Of a DNA stretch of 64,000 nt, positions 10,398-20,800 are shown one piece after another. The notes under the pieces are model-generated. The model saw only the letters and a list, made by a program, of their open reading frames with translations, searched no databases and was not told the origin of the DNA. Where the stretch lies: positions 64,521 through 128,520 of the forward strand of contig DATION010000006.1 of NCBI GenBank assembly GCA_035473115.1. The letters run 5' to 3'. The translations under genes and the position numbers were made by a program. This DNA is from Candidatus Udaeobacter sp. Lineage in GTDB: Bacteria > Patescibacteriota > Patescibacteriia > Magasanikbacterales > GWA2-37-8. Positions within the stretch are counted from its first letter, which is position 1, and each line of letters starts with the position of its first letter.

Positions 10398-11000
10398 ATG
10401 GCAGAGGAACAAAAAGATTTATTTAAACAAAAATTACTCTCATCTCTGGCTAGTGCCGGCATATTTTTTCTTGAATTAGTAAAAGTGGCGGCTTTGGCAG
10501 GGATTACTATTGGTATTATAAGGTACGCTTTGTTTAAGCCTTTTTATGTCAAAGGCGCATCCATGGAACCAAATTTTTTTGATAAAGAATATTTAATTAT
10601 TGACGAGTTAACTTATAGATTCCGCCCGGCTCAGCGCGGCGAGGTAATCGTATTCAAATATCCGGAAAACCCGAAAGAATATTTTTTAAAAAGAATAATC
10701 GGTTTGCCCGGAGAGAGAATAAAAGTTTCTGATGGACAGATAACTATTTACAATCAGGCTCATCCGGAAGGAATGGTTTTGGATGAACCATATCTGCCAA
10801 AAGATCTGCTGACTGTCGGTGAAAAAATTACTACCATCAGCGAAAATCAGTATTTTGTTTTGGGAGATAATCGCCCTAATAGTTTTGATTCCAGACGTTT
10901 TGGCGCGATTGATAAAAATTTAGTGGTCGGACGAGTATTTTTTAGAGGCCTGCCGTTTAATAGAGCGGAAATAATTCCTGAACCAAAATTGAATATTTAA
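10398..11000 (+). CDS. lepB: Signal peptidase I
   Basis: One TM helix, GASMEPNF (Ser), LKRIIGLPGE (Lys), GDNRPNSFDSRRFG. Confidence 0.96.
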   Translation: MAEEQKDLFKQKLLSSLASAGIFFLELVKVAALAGITIGIIRYALFKPFYVKGASMEPNFFDKEYLIIDELTYRFRPAQRGEVIVFKYPENPKEYFLKRIIGLPGERIKVSDGQITIYNQAHPEGMVLDEPYLPKDLLTVGEKITTISENQYFVLGDNRPNSFDSRRFGAIDKNLVVGRVFFRGLPFNRAEIIPEPKLNI

Positions 11001-11034
11001 TTTTTAAAATTTAGGAATCAGTAAAATAAAAATT

Positions 11035-12438
11035 ATGGCTAAGAAAAAAATTGAGAAGAAAAAGTTTGTTAAAAAAGCAAAAACTGAAAAAGTAAAATCC
11101 AACGCCGAAATTTCGGCTGCCAGCGGCGGCAACAAAAAAGCCTATTCTTTGCTGCGCGGTATGCACGATGTTTTGCCGCGTGAAGAAAAGTATTGGAAAA
11201 ATTTATACCACACCATAGAGAATTTGGCCGAGCATTTTCAGTTTGGCCGTATTGAGACTCCGTTACTAGAAGAAGCCAGTCTGTTTATTCGTTCTATCGG
11301 TAAAGGAACCGATGTGGTTGATAAAGAAATGTATATTTTTGAAGATCGAGACGGCAATAAAGTAACCCTTCGTCCGGAAAATACTGCCGCTGTAGTGCGC
11401 GCTTACATTATGCACGGCATGTGGAACATGACTCAGCCGGTAAAAATGTGGTATTGGGGGCCAATGTTTAGATATGATCGCCCGCAAGCCGGCCGATATA
11501 GACAATTTAACCAGTTAGGCTTTGAAACCTTAGGTGACGCTGACCCGGTAGTAGATGCTGAGTTAATTTTGATTGCCCATAATTTTTATAAAGATTTAGG
11601 TTTGCCGGTAGAAATTCATATCAACAGTATCGGCATGCCGGAAGAAAGACAAAAGTATAAAGCCGCTTTGGTAGAGTATTACCGCAGCAAGCGCAGTTAT
11701 TTGTGTGATGATTGCAAACAAAGATTAAACAAAAATCCGCTGCGTCTTTTGGATTGCAAACAAGAAAGATGTCAGCCGATAAAAGAAGAAGCGCCGCAAA
11801 TTATTGATTGGCTGGAAGAAGAATCCAAAAATCATTTTATGAAAGTTTTGGAATATTTGGATGAATTGTCTGTGCCTTATGTTCTAAAATCAACTTTAGT
11901 GCGCGGATTGGATTATTACACCAGAACTGTTTTTGAAGTTTTCCCGGCAGTGGGGGATGTAGAGTCTCTTGGCGCTCAGAGCGCTTTGGGCGGCGGCGGC
12001 AGATATGACTTGTTGGTTCAAGAAATGGGCGGTCGGCCAACTGCGGCAGCTGGATTTTCTTTGGGAATCGAAAGAGCGGTTTCGGCTTTAAAACAGTATA
12101 TGGACGCCAACCAAATCAAACCATTGGCGCAAAAGTTTGATGCTTATATGGCTCAATTAGGCGATCAAGCTCGCCGTCGAGCCTTAAAAACAATCAATGA
12201 GCTGCGCAGTTCCGGCTTAAAAGTTGATTATAATTTTTCTAAAAATTCTCTAAAGAGCCAGCTAGAAGCAGCCAATAGTCTGCAGGTTCCTTATGCTTTG
12301 ATTCTTGGCCAAAAAGAAGTTCAAGATAGCACCATTATTATTCGGGATATGGAGTCCGGCGTACAAGAAATTGTTGATCAAAAGAAGGTAGAGAGTGTGC
12401 TCAAAAAGAAGCTGTCTAGGTTTGACGAGACCAAATAA
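11035..12438 (+). CDS. hisS: Histidine--tRNA ligase
   Basis: RGMHD, LRPENTA, FRYDRPQAGRYRQF, LVRGLDYY, GGGRYD, GIER. Confidence 0.98.
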   Translation: MAKKKIEKKKFVKKAKTEKVKSNAEISAASGGNKKAYSLLRGMHDVLPREEKYWKNLYHTIENLAEHFQFGRIETPLLEEASLFIRSIGKGTDVVDKEMYIFEDRDGNKVTLRPENTAAVVRAYIMHGMWNMTQPVKMWYWGPMFRYDRPQAGRYRQFNQLGFETLGDADPVVDAELILIAHNFYKDLGLPVEIHINSIGMPEERQKYKAALVEYYRSKRSYLCDDCKQRLNKNPLRLLDCKQERCQPIKEEAPQIIDWLEEESKNHFMKVLEYLDELSVPYVLKSTLVRGLDYYTRTVFEVFPAVGDVESLGAQSALGGGGRYDLLVQEMGGRPTAAAGFSLGIERAVSALKQYMDANQIKPLAQKFDAYMAQLGDQARRRALKTINELRSSGLKVDYNFSKNSLKSQLEAANSLQVPYALILGQKEVQDSTIIIRDMESGVQEIVDQKKVESVLKKKLSRFDETK

Positions 12439-12450
12439 TAAAGGTATAAT
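12422..12450 (+). promoter_or_regulatory. sigma70 promoter of rpsU, overlapping the hisS 3' end
   Basis: TTGACG-17 bp-TATAAT. Confidence 0.8.
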
Positions 12451-12477
12451 TCAAGTTATTAGTTAAAACTTAATTTA

Positions 12478-12490
12478 AGAAAGTGAGGTG
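12478..12490 (+). promoter_or_regulatory. Extended Shine-Dalgarno of rpsU
   Basis: AGAAAG-T-GAGGTG matches the complement of this window's 16S tail CACCTCCTTTCT with a 1-nt bulge; 5 nt to the ATG. Confidence 0.75.
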
Positions 12491-12495
12491 GAAAT

Positions 12496-12735
12496 ATGTC
12501 GGAAGTAAAACGAAAGAAAAATGAATCCTTTGAAGCTTTTTTACGGCGCGTAAAGAAGCGTTGGCAGCAATCCGGCAAAATGTTGCAAGTTAAAAAAATT
12601 CAATTTTACGAACGTCCAAAAAATAAAAATATGCGCAAAAAAAGCGCTTTGCACCGTTTAGCCGTATCACAGAAGATTGAATACATGAAGAAAGTTGGTT
12701 TAATGCCAGAGGAAACAAAACGATTTGGAAAATAA
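12496..12735 (+). CDS. rpsU: 30S ribosomal protein bS21
   Basis: EVKRKKNESFEAFLRRVKK...FYERPK basic bS21 pattern. Confidence 0.88.
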   Translation: MSEVKRKKNESFEAFLRRVKKRWQQSGKMLQVKKIQFYERPKNKNMRKKSALHRLAVSQKIEYMKKVGLMPEETKRFGK

Positions 12736-12765
12736 AATTACTTAATATTTTTACTCCATTGTCCC

Positions 12766-14808
12766 ATGCTTCAATGGAAGCCTAAAAAATATCAAACAGC
12801 AGCCATTAAAGCCGCTATCATAACGACAGTTATTTTGTTAGCGGTTTTTTGGTTTGCGGGCGCTACAGCAGTCCGTGCCCAAGGGATAGAAGATCCAAGT
12901 AGCAGCTTGCAAACCGGAGTTACTATTATTGGTCAGCCGCTAGGGTTAACTTCAACCGATATCCGGGTGGTAGTGGCCAATATTATCAGGGTAGCTTTGG
13001 GAATTTTAGGCATAGTGCTGGTAGTACTGGTGCTTTATGCCGGTTATTTATGGATGACTGCCGGTGGCAATGAAGACCAAATAAGCACAGCCAAGCAATT
13101 TATGGTTAATGCAGCTATCGGTTTGGCAATTATTCTTAGCGCTTATGCAATTGTCAGTTTTGTGATTAGTAAATTAGTCGGGGCCACTACCGGTACAAGT
13201 ACGCTTAACCCAGAAAATTTAGCTGCCCCAGCATCGCAAAATTTTCAAGGCAGCGGCGCTTTGGGACAGATTATAAAAGACCATTACCCAACCAGAGATC
13301 AAACTCAAGTTCCGCGCAATACCAGAATCGTGATAACTTTTCGTCGGCCGGTTAAAGTTGATAGTTTTGTAGATGATACAACTGGCGACGGTATTTTTGG
13401 AAACTGCCGAACTACTGTAGAAAATTGGTACAATGATTGTGATCATGTTAAAAACTTTAACGATAATTTAATAAATATTAAGCGTTTTGATAATAATGAA
13501 AAAATTTTTGGCGCTGTAGCTTTGGCAGCCAGCAGCACCGAAAATGGAGTTTCCGGAGTTTACACTATTGTCATTAAGCCGATTACCGACCCAAGCAGCG
13601 CTAGTGGGGGCTATCTTGGCAGTCCAACCGAATTAATAAGTTATGCCGTGCATCTGGGTTCCGGTTTATTAATAGATGATCCCGCCAATGGTAATCCATC
13701 TGTTTTTGCCGCCAGAATTTTGGGAAATAATTATTATGAATGGAAGTTTACCAATAGTTCGGCTCTAGACACAGCTCCGCCCGTTGTCAGTAATGTATTC
13801 CCGGCTGAAGGCGCGGTGGAAAGTAAAAATACTATTTTACAGGTTAATTTTAGTGAACCAATTGATCCGACCGGCATTCAGGGGAAATTTAATAGCACAG
13901 CCGAATCATATTATGTTTTAGACGGTCAAAATATTTTCTTAAAATCAGACAACAGTCTTTTGCCACCAGGTAGCTTTAATTTAACTAATGGTTATCGTAC
14001 TCTGGAATTTGCTCCGGCCAAAGAATGCGGTAAAAACGCCTGCGGCCAGAAAATTTATTGTTTGCCGGTCTGTGATAAAGCGGGTGCGAACTGCAATCAA
14101 GATAATTATAAAGTTTTATTGCGCGCTGCCAAAACTATCAGCGCGGGTTCGTTTGATGCTCAGCCATTTTCTGGTATAGCCGATTTATCCGGTAATGCTT
14201 TGGACGGCAATAAAAATAATACTCCTAATACTGCGCCAACCAGTTTGCCAGTTTTCCCAAATCAGGAGCAGCCGGATAACTATTTTTGGAATTTTAAAAT
14301 TTCCGATCAGATCGACGCATCCAGTCCTTTTGTGCAAACAATTTTGCCTGGCCAAGACGCATCAAATGTAGTGCGCGATCAGGAGCTAAGTTTAATATTC
14401 TCCAAAAGAATGCGAGCCGATTCCATGTATAGTATAAATATTGAAGAAAAACCGACTCAAGAAGTGCCGATTTGGAAAGTGCCATTTAGTGTTTTTGATA
14501 ATAGTAACAAAACTTATACCCGTTTAAATCATGGTCCATTTTTGGACGCTTCCCGACAGTATTATTACCCAATTCTGGATTCCAATATCCAAGATCTGCA
14601 TTTTAATTGTTTTTATCCGGGCAAAGGCCCAAACCGGCCTGTTGATCCGGGTACAATGGTATCACCGGATTGTACCGATACTAATCCGCAAAATTGCTGC
14701 CAAGTTATTACAACCCAAAACCAGTCTTTTTGCTGCAATGGAATTGTGGGTACCAAAATAGCTGACACGGCCACTTGTTTAAATTATTTAAAAACAAATA
14801 GTTTGTGA
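12766..14808 (+). CDS. Pilin-anchored surface protein: signal peptide, VirB2/TrbC-like pilin domain, SbsA/Big_5 Ig-like domains, Cys-rich C-terminus
   Basis: DIRVVVANIIRVALGILG...YAGYLWMTAGGNEDQISTAKQFMVNAAIGLAIILSAYAIVSFV; Ig-like DTAPPVVSNVFPAEGA..NT..VNFSEPID. Confidence 0.8.
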   Translation: MLQWKPKKYQTAAIKAAIITTVILLAVFWFAGATAVRAQGIEDPSSSLQTGVTIIGQPLGLTSTDIRVVVANIIRVALGILGIVLVVLVLYAGYLWMTAGGNEDQISTAKQFMVNAAIGLAIILSAYAIVSFVISKLVGATTGTSTLNPENLAAPASQNFQGSGALGQIIKDHYPTRDQTQVPRNTRIVITFRRPVKVDSFVDDTTGDGIFGNCRTTVENWYNDCDHVKNFNDNLINIKRFDNNEKIFGAVALAASSTENGVSGVYTIVIKPITDPSSASGGYLGSPTELISYAVHLGSGLLIDDPANGNPSVFAARILGNNYYEWKFTNSSALDTAPPVVSNVFPAEGAVESKNTILQVNFSEPIDPTGIQGKFNSTAESYYVLDGQNIFLKSDNSLLPPGSFNLTNGYRTLEFAPAKECGKNACGQKIYCLPVCDKAGANCNQDNYKVLLRAAKTISAGSFDAQPFSGIADLSGNALDGNKNNTPNTAPTSLPVFPNQEQPDNYFWNFKISDQIDASSPFVQTILPGQDASNVVRDQELSLIFSKRMRADSMYSINIEEKPTQEVPIWKVPFSVFDNSNKTYTRLNHGPFLDASRQYYYPILDSNIQDLHFNCFYPGKGPNRPVDPGTMVSPDCTDTNPQNCCQVITTQNQSFCCNGIVGTKIADTATCLNYLKTNSL

Positions 14809-17800
14809 CCTTTATAAAAAATAAAAAAATAATAATGCTGGCTCTGTTTGCAGTTTTGCTGACTGGCAGTTTATTTTTTGTTAAAGATTTTTCTTTGGCG
14901 CAAACTACCAGCACAGTTGACTTAGGTTTGTCTCCGGTCGGTCCAGCTCTTGGCTTGCCGTCCACTGATATTCGTTTGGTAGTGGCCAGAATTATTCGGG
15001 TAGCTTTTGGAGTGCTTGGCACCTTAGCATTAGTTTTGATTCTTTATGCTGGTTATTTATGGATGACGGCGGGTGGCGATGAAGATAAAATTTCTCAATC
15101 CAAAAAAATAATTTTTAATGCCGCTATTGGTTTGGCCATAATTTTGTCGGCTTATGCCATTGCTACTTTTGTTATTAATAAATTAGTGGAAGCTACCACT
15201 GGCAATGTTGGCGGCACGGGCCAAAATGGCGGGCCGGGTGATAATCCATTTTTGCCGCCGGGAATTTTTTATATTGACAGCTTGCCGCAAGGTGGACAGA
15301 TGTGTGTCAGGAATGTTCATTTAGCAGTTAGCTTTAATAGAGATGTTGATTTTCTTACTTTAAACGACAATATAGTAGTAACGAAAAAAAATAGTAATGT
15401 TCCGGAACCGGGAGAATGGGAATTGTTAAGCGACACCACTGCTTCTTTTGCGCCAAAAGGCGATTGTGGCAGCGGTCCGGCAGATTGTTTGGCGCCATCT
15501 ACGGATTATGTTTTGCACTTTACTAATCCGAGCGCAATTAAAACCAAAGACGGTAAGGCTACTTTAAATTGTTCGGTTAAAGCCGGTTGTGGTGATGTGC
15601 AGTTTACTACCGGTGAAGGAGTTGATCGGGAACGGCCGCAAATAAAAATAGAGCCGATTGCTGATGATTTATTGCGCGTCGGTTCAGTAGTGCCGGTAGT
15701 AGTAAGCTATACCGATGATAATGGTGTGCAAAAAATCGATCTATTTTCTGATAATTTTTTCTTTGGCAGCCAAGCGATTGCCGGTTGTCATAAGACCGGT
15801 TCAGTTACCGTTAACTGGCCGACTGTTAATATTTCCAGCGGTCAGCATATTTTAAAAGCTGATGGCTATGACTGGTCAGCTCTTAAAGACAGCACCAGCA
15901 CCAGTGTAAGTTTATTACCACAGCATTGTTTTGATAATTCTTTGCAGACAGATTTAGGGGAAGTTAAGGTTGGTCCGCCGGCTTGCGGCGGTGAATGTGG
16001 CGGATGCGCCGGTTCAAGCTGTTCCAACAATAGTCAGTGCGCCAGCGGTTTTTGTGATCAAACTGTAGGAAAATGTGTAGATAAAATGCGGATTAGCGGC
16101 GTGTCTCCATTGTCCGGAGGGCCGGGAACCTTTGTTTCAATCTCCGGAAATTATTTTGGCAATGTTCCGGGTAAAGTTTTTATCGGTTCTGTGCAAGCTC
16201 CTCTGGCTGATTGCGGATTTGGCGCTTGGAAACCATGGCAGATAATTGTCGAAGTTCCAGCTGGCGGAGTTAGCGGTCCGATCTCAGTAGAAACAGCTGC
16301 CGATACTGCGGGAAATAAATTTACTGACGCGACCAATGATAATTTTGGTCCGGTAATTAGTGATTTTCAAGTTAATAGTACTATTCGTCCTGGTTTATGT
16401 AATATAGTTCCGGAAAATGGCTTGCCCGGAGCTGAAGTTAGTCTGACAGGTAAGCGTTTCGGAATTAGTACGGGTCAGGTATTTTTTGGTGAGCAGAGTT
16501 CTTTGGTAAGTCCGATTAATTGGACAGATAGTTTTATCAAAGCCAGAGTACCGCTCTTGTCTGCCGAGCCAGTTGGAGTAAAAGTTGTCCAAAATAACTT
16601 AGAAAGTAATAGTGTTAAATTTTTTGTTAATCAAGGTTTGAGCGGTACGGTTCCGTTTGTTTCCAGTGTTACTCCGGACCAAGGAGGTAGGGGAGAATAT
16701 ATTACAATTACCGGCAATAACTTTGGCAGTCAATTGGGCAGAGTTTCGTTTGCAGAAAATATCAATGGTCAGCCCGGAGAAGCCATTGACGGCGATTTTG
16801 CTTTTCCGCCCGGATGCCAAACTACCTGGACAGACAAACAGATTATCGTAAAGTTTCCAGTACTTAAAGGCACTGTCGGCAAATCTTATTTTGTGCAAGT
16901 CCGTCCGGCTGATGCTTCGCTAGGTTGGAGTCCGATTGGTCCTGTTTTTAACTTATCAACTGCCGCTGCCACACCTGGTATCTGTAGTATCGATCCTGTT
17001 TCCGGACCTGTGCCTTTTGCTCTCAACGCTCCGGATATGCAGATTATTGGCGAGAATTTTGGTTCATCTCCACAAGTTTATTTTTGGGCGGTAAATGGTT
17101 CGGCTAATTCCGTGTCCGGCAGAATTTTGGCCACCACCACCGCTATTACAACTTTAGGAGTTGGACAAGTTATTCATACTCGTCCGCCGGCTGGCACGAT
17201 GAGTGGTCCGGTGGTAGTAGTGCGAACTCCGGAAAACAAAATGAGCAATTCGCAAAATTTTTCGGTAGTAAATTGTGTTAAAAATAATAATACTTGCGCC
17301 AACCCTAACACTCATTGTTGTTTGACCGGAGTTGAGTCCGGAGCTTGTAAACCAAATAACGAGCTATGTGAAGGAGAAACTTTGTCTGCCGGTTATATTT
17401 GGCGTTTTAGTACCAAAGACATTCCTAAAGTTCCGCGAGTGGTAGAAAGATGTGATAATAACACTGATCTTGGTTTGAATCTGCCTAGCCCTTCGCCAAG
17501 CGCGGCTTGGGATGGAAATGCTGGCGGAGCTCACCATAACGTTTGTCGTTCCGCCGACTTAACGGTTGAGTTTAATCTGCCAACTATAAATAAAATTTCT
17601 CGTTCTAATTTGGTGGTCAACGAATGTGACGCTAATGGCGCAGATGAAACTAATAGAACTTGTAACGTTGTCGGACAAGTCATTCTTAGCGGTACCGGAG
17701 ATTTTATTCCGCAGCCAAGCACCGAAAATAACGTTTATTTAAAATTAAGTCCAAACAGCAGTTATAACAACGGCAAATGGAAAGATAATACCTGGTATCA

Positions 17801-20800
17801 AGTAGTATTGCGTTCTGGAATTACAGCCGGATCCGGCACCAGCACGGCGTTTTTAGCCAAAGATATTCCTTGCGGCGGCGATTCAGCTTACTGCTTTGTA
17901 TTTAGATCTGGGGCGGAAGATTGTCAGATGAAACAGGTTATTATTACTCCTTACAGTTATTTTACTTCGGTTTTGGAAGCACCGATGAAGCACAGATCTT
18001 TTGTCGGAGATGAAGGTGAAGATGTAGTTTATAATGGCAATGGTTTGAGCACACAGCATTGTATAGTTATGGATACTGCCGGTTTTAGTTGGGCCTGGGG
18101 CACAAAAAATAAATATTATGCAGATATTTTTTCTGCGAATAATTCGGTAGCGAAAGTTTCAGCTTTAGCTAATACCGTAGGAGTTGGTTTAACTAATCCA
18201 AATAATGCTGTTAACATTACCGCTACCGCTACTCTGGGTTCTGCTAACTATCTTGGCAGCAGTCCGTTAGTGATAGATTTAAATAATCCGGAAGTCGTTG
18301 ATTTTTGGCCAAATTGTTTGGCAGCCTGTACTGACGCCGAAGTGGGAGTTCGGTTTAATACGACCATGTCTAATAAAAACTTGCCTAGCGGTCCGGTAAA
18401 ATTATTTAAATGTAATGATGAAAATTGTTTGGATGTTACGGCCGTGCCAGGATTTTTGGATGTTGTTTTAGATAGTGCTGCCAATTATACAGTTTTGAAA
18501 ATTGCTAATTCTGGTTCCGGCTCCTTAGAATTATTGCCAAATACAGTTTATAAAGTAGTACTTTCTAATACTACCACCAATATAAATTCGCCGGCTCTAT
18601 TATGGTCCGCCGCCAAGTTGGGCGATCCGACCACTTTTTCCAAGCCGTATAGGAAAGAGTTTAGCTGGCGGTTTAAAACTAAAGCAGATAAATGTAAAAT
18701 CAGCCGAGTGGAAGTCTCTCCGCAGAGTTTTTTTGCTGAATTTATAAATGATAAAGAAGTGTACACGGCTCAGCCTTTTTCTTCGCCGGATAGTTGTAAT
18801 CCACGTGGACAAAAATTAAATCCTTGGATGGTTAGTTGGAATTGGAGTTCGTCTCTGCCAGTAGTAGCACAAGTCACAACCTTTAGCACCAAAGGCAATA
18901 ATTCTTATTGCACTTTAGATTGTATTCGTAAAGGCAGCAGTGTAGCAATTGGAACTGCTCCGGTTCCTGTTTGTGGAAATGGCATTGTTGAAGCTGGTGA
19001 AGATTGCGACACGCCAAACAAAAATGCCGGCTGTGGTCTGAACTGTTTGCGTCTTGGAAATACAACAGCCACTTGCGGCAACGGCATAGTTGAACCAAAT
19101 TTAGGAGAAACTTGTGATGGCGGTGATGCTTCCTCGACAGTTGGTTGCAGCAGTGTCTGTTTACGTTCCGGTTCATCTCAAAATACACCAGCTACTTCTG
19201 TTAATGCTTCTATTTGTGGTAATGGTTCGGTTGGCAGCGGTGAAGACTGTGATTTAGGAATAGCCGCTTCGGCAACTTTGCCGACTTCAGCTATGGGTTG
19301 TGCCAAAAATTGTCTGCATCTGGGAACAGCTTTATCTAATAATTGGTGTTTTAATAACAGTGTTTCTTTCGGCGGGTTTTCGGAAGCAGAATTTAATACC
19401 GCCTGTAAAGGAGCTATTAGTCAGTGTGGAGATGGTGTAACTAGCCCAGATGAAGATGCCGGCTGTGATTTGGGTGGCGGCAATAAATCAGCCAAGTGTA
19501 ATGATTTTTGTCTAAATAATACTAGCGTCAACTCAGAATGTGTGGCTGGTGATCCAGGTTGTGATCAAAACAGTCAGCATTTAGGTTCGTCTTTGCTCTA
19601 TAACAACCCTTCATCATGCGGAGATGGCCAAGTAGGAATAGGTGAAGACGCTTTTTGTGAAACTAATTTACCTAATACGCATGTTGGTTTTAATCCTTGG
19701 TCCTTGGTAACAGGAGTTGGTATGGGCAGTACTAGCGGTGTTCCGCCAACTCAACAGACAGATATCAGCGCCAATACTTCTCAACAAACTATCGGCGGTT
19801 CAATTGGTGATAAAGGGAAGTTTATTATTCCTTGCGGTTTCAAAACTGATCAGCAATGTCAAGCCAGATTAGGCAATGATTGGGGAGTAGGAGATAATGG
19901 CTGCTGCAGTTTGCGTCCAAAACTATTAAAAGTTTTCCCTGGCAGCACCAGCACAGTCCAAGCCAATGTTTGCCCTAACACTTCAATTAAAGCTACCTTT
20001 GATCAAGAGATTGATGAGAATAGTTTAAGAGATAATATCATAGTAGCTCGGGGGTTAGGAACTTCTTCCACTGCCAGTTGTGTTGGCACTCAAGATGTTT
20101 CCGATTTAGTGGCGCTTAACTTGCAAAATAATTTACCATGGTACAAAAAGATTTTTGCAACTGTCAGCAATTTCTTTAAAAATCTATTTGGCCAAGATGC
20201 TGATGCTTCACACACAGCCACTCAATCGGTCAAATGGTGTGCGGGAGAAGATTCGGGTCGAGCTGAAATTACGGTTGTCAGCAGCACGCTTAATACGATT
20301 ACTTTCAAATTAGAAAAACCATTAGCTTTTGATACGGATTATTTTGTGGCACTCAAAGATGGAATTCGCAGCAAGCAGGGAATAAGTATTGGCAAAGATA
20401 ATACTACCGGCAAACCATTAAGTTGGAAGTTTATTACCGGAACAAAAATTTGTGAGATTGATAACATGTCGGTCGACGCGCCTCAAGTTTATTTAAATAA
20501 ATTTGGCGCTACTTCCACTTTGAACGCCCATGTTTATAATGTAAATGGCGCTGAAATTCAGTCTTTACCGGGTTATTATGCCTGGGATTATTTCTGGCAG
20601 CCGGTTTCCAATCCGTATGTAAATTTACAAGCGGTATCTTCATCTTTGAATAATATTTCTGCTCAGAATCACAATGGTGAAATTGATCTGCGCGCTTCGG
20701 CCATTATTACCAGCAATATTTATTCTTCTCAGTCCGGCGTGGCCGCTACCGGTAAATCTCATGCGATTGTTTTCTTATGCGAAAATCCTTGGCCGCCAAA

